Source of the DNA: Chiloscyllium plagiosum
Taxonomy: Eukaryota
Length of the DNA stretch: 37,228 nt
NCBI RefSeq assembly: GCF_004010195.1
Contig: NC_057734.1
Span: 44,128,729 to 44,165,956, forward strand
Reading direction: 5' to 3'
Shown here: one piece after another, positions 31,741 to 37,228 of the stretch
How positions within the stretch are numbered: position 1 is the stretch's first letter
How the letters are laid out: every line of letters begins with the position of its first letter
Position numbers and translations under genes: made by a program
Notes under the pieces: generated by a model
Databases searched by the model: none
Seen by the model: only the letters and a program-made list of their open reading frames with translations
Told to the model about the DNA's origin: nothing

Positions 31741-32935
31741 CATACAACATATAACATTATAGCGCAGTACAGGCCCTTCAGCCCTCGATATTGTGCTGCC
31801 CTGTGGAATCAATCTGAAGCCCATCTAACCTAGACTATTCCATTCTCATCCATATGCCTATCCAATGACTATTTAAATGCCTTTAAAATTTGCGAGTCTA
31901 CAACTGTTGCAGGCAGTGCATTCCACACCCCTACTACTCTCTGAATAAAGAAACTATCTCTGACATCTGTCCTATATCTATCACCCCTCAATGTGAAGCT
32001 ATGCCCCTTCATGTTAGCCATCACCATCCAAGGAAAAAGGCTCTTACTGTCCACTCTTTCTAACTCTCTGATTATCTTATATTTCTCAATAAAGTCACCT
32101 CTCAACCCTCTTCTCTCTAACGAAGACAACCTCAAGTCCCTCAAACTTTCCTCATAAGACTTTCCCTCCATTCCGGGCAACATCCTAGTAAATCTCCTCT
32201 GAACCCTTCCAAATCCTTCCTATAATGTGGTGACCAGAACTGTATCAATACCCCAAGCCTGGCTGCACCAGAGTTTTGTACAGCTGCAGCATGACCTCAT
32301 GGTTCTGGAACTTGATCGCTTTACTAATAAAAGCTAACACACTGTATGCCTTCTTAACAGCCCTATCAACCTGGGTGGCAACTTTGAGGGATCTATGTAC
32401 ATGGAACACTGAGATCTCTCTGTCCATCTACCCTAACAAGAATCTTACCATTTGCCCAGTATTCTGCATTCCTGGTGCTCTTTCCAAAGTGAATCACCTC
32501 ACACTTTTCTGCATTAAACTCCATTTGCCTCCTCTCAGCCCAGTTCTGCAGCTTATGTATGTCCATCTGTAACCTACAACATCCTTCAGCTCTATCCATA
32601 ACTGCAACGACCTTGGTGTCATTCACAAATTTACTAAACTATCCTTCTACACCCTCATCCAGGTCATTTATAAAAATGACAAACAGCAGTGGACCCAAAA
32701 GAGATCTTTGCAGTTCACCACTAGTAACTGAACTTCAGGGTGAACATTCCCATCACCCACCAGCCTCTGTTTTCTTTCAACTAGCCAATTTCTGATCCAA
32801 ACCACTAATCGCCTTCAATCCCATGTCTCAGTAGTTTGTGCAGTAGCCTACCATGGGGAACCTTTTCAAATGCCTTACTGAAATCTACATATACCACGTC
32901 AACGGCTTTACCCTCTTCCACCTGTTTGGTCACCT
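31741..32935 (-). mobile_element. 5'-truncated, frameshifted CR1 LINE
   Basis: VDVVYVDFSKAFEKVPH, NDTK, QMEFNAEKC, FFIQRVVGVWNALP; 3'UTR closely similar to 11100-11200. Confidence 0.9.
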
Positions 32936-35900
32936 TTTGCGGCACACTTGTGAGAAAATCCAAGGGGATCTGCTGCATAACAATCTTCCGCCAATCCGAC
33001 AAGCCCGGGGAAGTTTTGGATGCCCAACCTAACAAGATATCCTTTCTTGCACAGAAAGTGGGGATGTTGAAAAGTTTTCCTTATGCGCATCAACAAGAAA
33101 CACAGGTAAGCAGGCCACGAAGAAGAGAGATCAGATTCTTCTCCACCCTTACACCTAAAATCCCCTCCATTGCACCCGCCACAGTGCTCCAGTATGTTTG
33201 AAGCCTATCATAGGACCAGAGACAATGGGTAAGAGTCCCCGGACTAACTTTACACTTGGGACATGTTGACGATACCCCTGGTTTAAATTTTGGCAAACGA
33301 TCCAGAGCCAAGTGAACCTTGTGGAGAATCTTCAACTGTAAAGCATAGGTTCGATTGCAAATTGATATCTTTCTTGCCAAATATCTTCCCATGCCTCTGA
33401 GGAGACATCAACACCTAACTCTCTCTCCCACAACCTGCAAAGTTGATCAATCTCATCTGAGGACCTGCCTCCTCCTCCCCCCTCCCCCAACTGATGATAT
33501 AAAGTGCCGATAGAAAATGTACTGAGACAAAGCTTCTCACTGTGCCTCCGTACACGTAACAATAAATTCGATTCAGTTCAATTCAATTCAATACTCTTTG
33601 CACTGAGCACCCTCCTCACTCTGTCGGGTTTGTAGGGATCAGTCAAAAGTCTAGTCTTTATATGAAACTTGAAAAAAGCAAAAGAGGTGTCGGTTATATA
33701 GCTCACATTTCTGTGCTAACTGATCAAAGGACATCATTGTGTCTCCCTCAAATAAATCACCCATGCAAGACACATCTCCTGCTGCCCAATGTTTGAATCC
33801 TGATTCCATCATCCCTGGTTGAAAACCGGGCATCCCACTACAGGTGCAAAAAAAATGTTTTGCCAATATTACCTTCCCTCTGCCGAATTGCCCTCCATGC
33901 TGTAACAATATTGCTAACTGTCAGATTGTGGCAATATTCCTTAATTGTCCTCATTTTGTCCAAAAACAGCAAGCTCGTCAGGGGGCATCTTGCCTGAGAG
34001 GTTTCAATATCTAACCATATTGAAAGAGGGTCCCCAAAAGCCCAATTACTCATGTAAGATAATAGCAAGCTTCGTTGATGGTTTTAATGTCTGGGAGATG
34101 CACTCCCCCCAGTCTGTGAGACAATTGCTGTTTGGCTAATTTAATAAGGGGGTGCTTGCGATGCCAAACAAAAGAGCTGAACCCGCCGTTCAGTCTCCTG
34201 AGCGTTTGCTTATTGAAAATCAAGGGAAGCATCCACACAGGGTACAACAAACAGGGGATAACATTTATCTTAATAAGCACTATCTGACCTAACCATGAGA
34301 CCAGAAGCGCCTCCCATCTTTGAAGGTCTTGTTTGATTTTGTCGAATAATTGAACAAAATTAGCTTTAAACAACTGATCAAGAATTGGACTAATGAATAT
34401 ACCCAAATCCATAAAACCCCGCTCTGACCACTTGAGGGTGAATCTCGAATCCCATTTAAGACCTAGCACCTTTGTAAGACCGCCCATAGACATAGCCTCT
34501 GATTTTGCAAAATTAATCTAGTACCCAAAAAGGTGCCAAACGAGTTGATGCATTCTATCAGGTGAGGCACTGAAACTGCTGGATTTGACAAAAAGAAGAA
34601 CATCACCAGCGTACATCAAAATCTTATGTAATTTTGACCCCACGTCTGGAGCTGATATATTAGGTTCCCCACATATAGCCTCTGGCAATGGTTCAATCAC
34701 CAATGATTGCTTGATTGTACCCCATTGGTGATGACTGCAGTGAGAGGGCCACGTACAGAACCTTTACCCAAATTATAAAGGCTTTGCCGAAGCCAAATTG
34801 CTCCAGAGTATAATAAAGATACAGCTACTTAACTCGGTCAAATGTCTTCTCTGCATCTAGAGAAATCACCAAACCCTGTATTGACTGTTGTTGACTTGCT
34901 TGAAATAAATTAAGCAGCCCCCAAACATTATTGGAGCATCTGTGGCCCTTTATGAAGCCCGTCTGTTCCTCTTTAACAATAGAAGGTAACACAGTCTCCA
35001 GCCTTAATGCAAGAGACTTCGAGAGGATTTTTAAGTCCACATTTAAGAGTGAAATGGGCCTGTAAGAAGCACAGTCCACCGGGACTTTCCCTTTTTTAAG
35101 AGTAAGCGAAATATTAGCCCTTCTGAGAGATGGCAGGAGACAATCATGAACGTACAAGTCATTGAACGTTCTGAACACTGGGGCCTGACAATATGTTTAT
35201 AAATTCCTTATAGAATTTGCTGAGAAGCCCATCAGGACCGGGCACCTTTCCACTTAGAAACTGCTTCACATCCTCCTGCACCTCTTGTTCTGATAAGGGG
35301 GCATTGAGAAAAGATTCTTGTTCATGGGTCACACCCAGGAGTTCCAGATCCTTGAAAAAATACTCCATCTTGGTCCGCATCTCCTCACAACCCTCAGACT
35401 AAAATCTTTGGAATGCCACATTAATCGTTTAGGAATCACATATTAGGTTCCCAGACCATTCCCTAATCAACGTAATGGCTTGAGGGGCACTCCTTTTCCT
35501 GGTGAGATATGCTAGGTACTTGCCCGGCTTGTCACCATGCTCATATACTCTTGGGTTTGAGGAAGTAAACTCCTTCTTTGCTGTCTGCATGACTACAGAA
35601 TTCAATGCAGTCCGCAGCACCGTACTCCTCTGTAGCTTGGCCAACGAGGGCCTGTCATTGTAAGCCTTCTTGGCTGCCTTCACCTGCGCTTCCAGGAGAC
35701 TTTGGTGCTCACCCTCCTGCTGCTTCCTACTGGCAGAGTAGGAGATAACTAACCTCCTGGCATAGGCTTTGGCAGTTTACCAAAGGACCGACAGGCAACT
35801 AACTGAGCCTGAGTTAATGTCTAGGAATGCTCTAAATTCCTTACTCCACAAACTTGTTATCATTAAGGTTAAAGGGATCCATTCGCTAGTGCCTCGGGCC

Positions 35901-36612
35901 CACTATAGCATCCTTAATCTTAACCAACAGGTACAGTGAGCGTGATCGGAGGTGGTTATTTTACTAATCATACAAGATGCCACCAAGTCTGGCCTTGTCA
36001 CGGCGGTCAGAAAAAAAGTCAATCCTGGTGTGACATCTGTGCAGATTGGAAAACAAACATATAATCCCTGCCTGGAGAGTGGAGATGACTCCAGACGTCC
36101 ACCAACCCTAACTTCACACACAGATCCACTAATTGTTTTGTTTGTATAGACAACATCAAGGTCTTTGGGCAACCTGTCTACATCGGGATCCATAAAACAA
36201 TTAAAATCGCCCCCTATAATGATATGTCAGGACTCGAGACTGATCAATTTAGAGAACGCATCAACCAGAAATTTGAGGGGATGGGCCGAAGGGCAATTGA
36301 CATTTAAAACACCATATTCTTCCCCGTTTATTAGGGCTTTGAGGATTGCAAACGTCATGTGTGTGTCCTTAACACACTTTCATAACATAAATGGGAGCAT
36401 CCTCTGAACCAATATAGCCATTCCCATACTTCTGGTATTAAAAAATGAAAAGTAAACCCGATCAAAGCCATTCTGCTGTAGTTTCAAATGATCCCTATCA
36501 TCCAAGTGTGTCTTTTGTAATAAAGCAACATCCACCCATTCCTTTCTAAGACTTGAAAGTACCTTCTTCCACTTAATTGGTGAGTGACTCTGCTTAATGT
36601 TCCAGGTACACC
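32936..36612 (-). mobile_element. L1/Tx1-clade LINE, near-complete but multiply frameshifted ORF2
   Basis: Endonuclease start (TWNI..VALLQKTHL) near 36610, SDHA, KVPGPDG, YRPISLLNVDLKIL, QTGFIKG, SLDAEKTFDRV, YAGD, C-terminal CPKC..HCLW knuckle. Confidence 0.9.
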
Positions 36613-37228
36613 AGTTTTTATTTTATAGATATTTTTATTAGAAATTTAACACTTTTACAAGTTTACAAAAATAAACAAAACTCTCAAATATAAACATTGA
36701 TATACAATTAAATCAAATATACAATAGCCAAAATTTAACAAAAGAATAAAAAAACCGAAAAAAAACCAAAACTCAACTATCTACTAATCTAACCTACAAC
36801 TAACCAGAGTGTATATTTAAGTCTCTTACATGCTCCGAATGTGTTAACATCAGATGTAATAAAACCCGTATTCGTGCGGGATTCCTCTCCTAAAGGGCTT
36901 CGGACCAGCCAGGTTTGTAATCTCAATTAAATAAAAGCCCTCGTTAGGATAGCCGAGATATCTGTATTTATATAATTCAAAAAGGGCTGCCATATTTTAT
37001 AAAATAATTCGGTCTTTCGGTGCACCATATTTGTAAGGAAGTCAAGGGGAATACATTCCATAATTAATCTGTGCCAATTTGAAAGTCCAGGGGGGCCCTC
37101 AGCCACCCAGTTCACCAAAATATTTTTCCTTGCACAGAAAGAAAGAATAGAAAATAGTCTCTTCACGTACATGTCCAGGGAGGGAAAGTTCGAAAAGCCC
37201 AAAAGGAGAGATACAGAGTCCACTTTAA
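36613..37228 (-). mobile_element. 3' end of a second, related L1/Tx1-clade LINE (continues beyond the window)
   Basis: Open ORF2 C-terminus 36927-37223 (FCARKNILVNW..PPGLSNW..IPLDFLT) homologous to 32950-33090; 3'UTR with AATAAA and A-rich tail on the minus strand at about 36615-36640. Confidence 0.85.

Noticed and set aside
495-36407. Many plus-strand 60-130 aa ORFs overlapping LINEs (e.g. 1266-1646, 11624-12019, 32836-33201)
   Set aside because: Antisense shadow frames of minus-strand LINE coding sequence.

Overview
Eukaryotic, repeat-rich genomic DNA from a cartilaginous fish (inferred from shark-type SINE, CR1 and Penelope repeats and the Ig gene layout). The only host gene I can support is a complete minus-strand immunoglobulin light-chain gene of the lambda family: leader exon 13327-13372, a V exon already fused in frame to J (12817-13161, no RSS) and a C exon 6763-7091. 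It splices to a 239-aa protein and has an octamer + TATA promoter and a polyA signal. It is a solitary, pre-joined (probably germline-joined) L-VJ-C cluster, possibly of a divergent lambda-2-like lineage, in a CpG-retaining domain with candidate enhancers. The rest is mostly retroelements: CR1 LINEs (one with its ORF1 esterase), L2/CR1-group and L1/Tx1-clade LINEs, SINEs, and many short Penelope-type terminal repeats that form palindromes and carry decayed hammerhead ribozyme cores. Upstream lie two co-oriented CTCF-like motifs and a speculative V-end/RSS-like relic. There is one 124-nt assembly gap (11367-11490). Repeat boundaries are approximate and read by eye.
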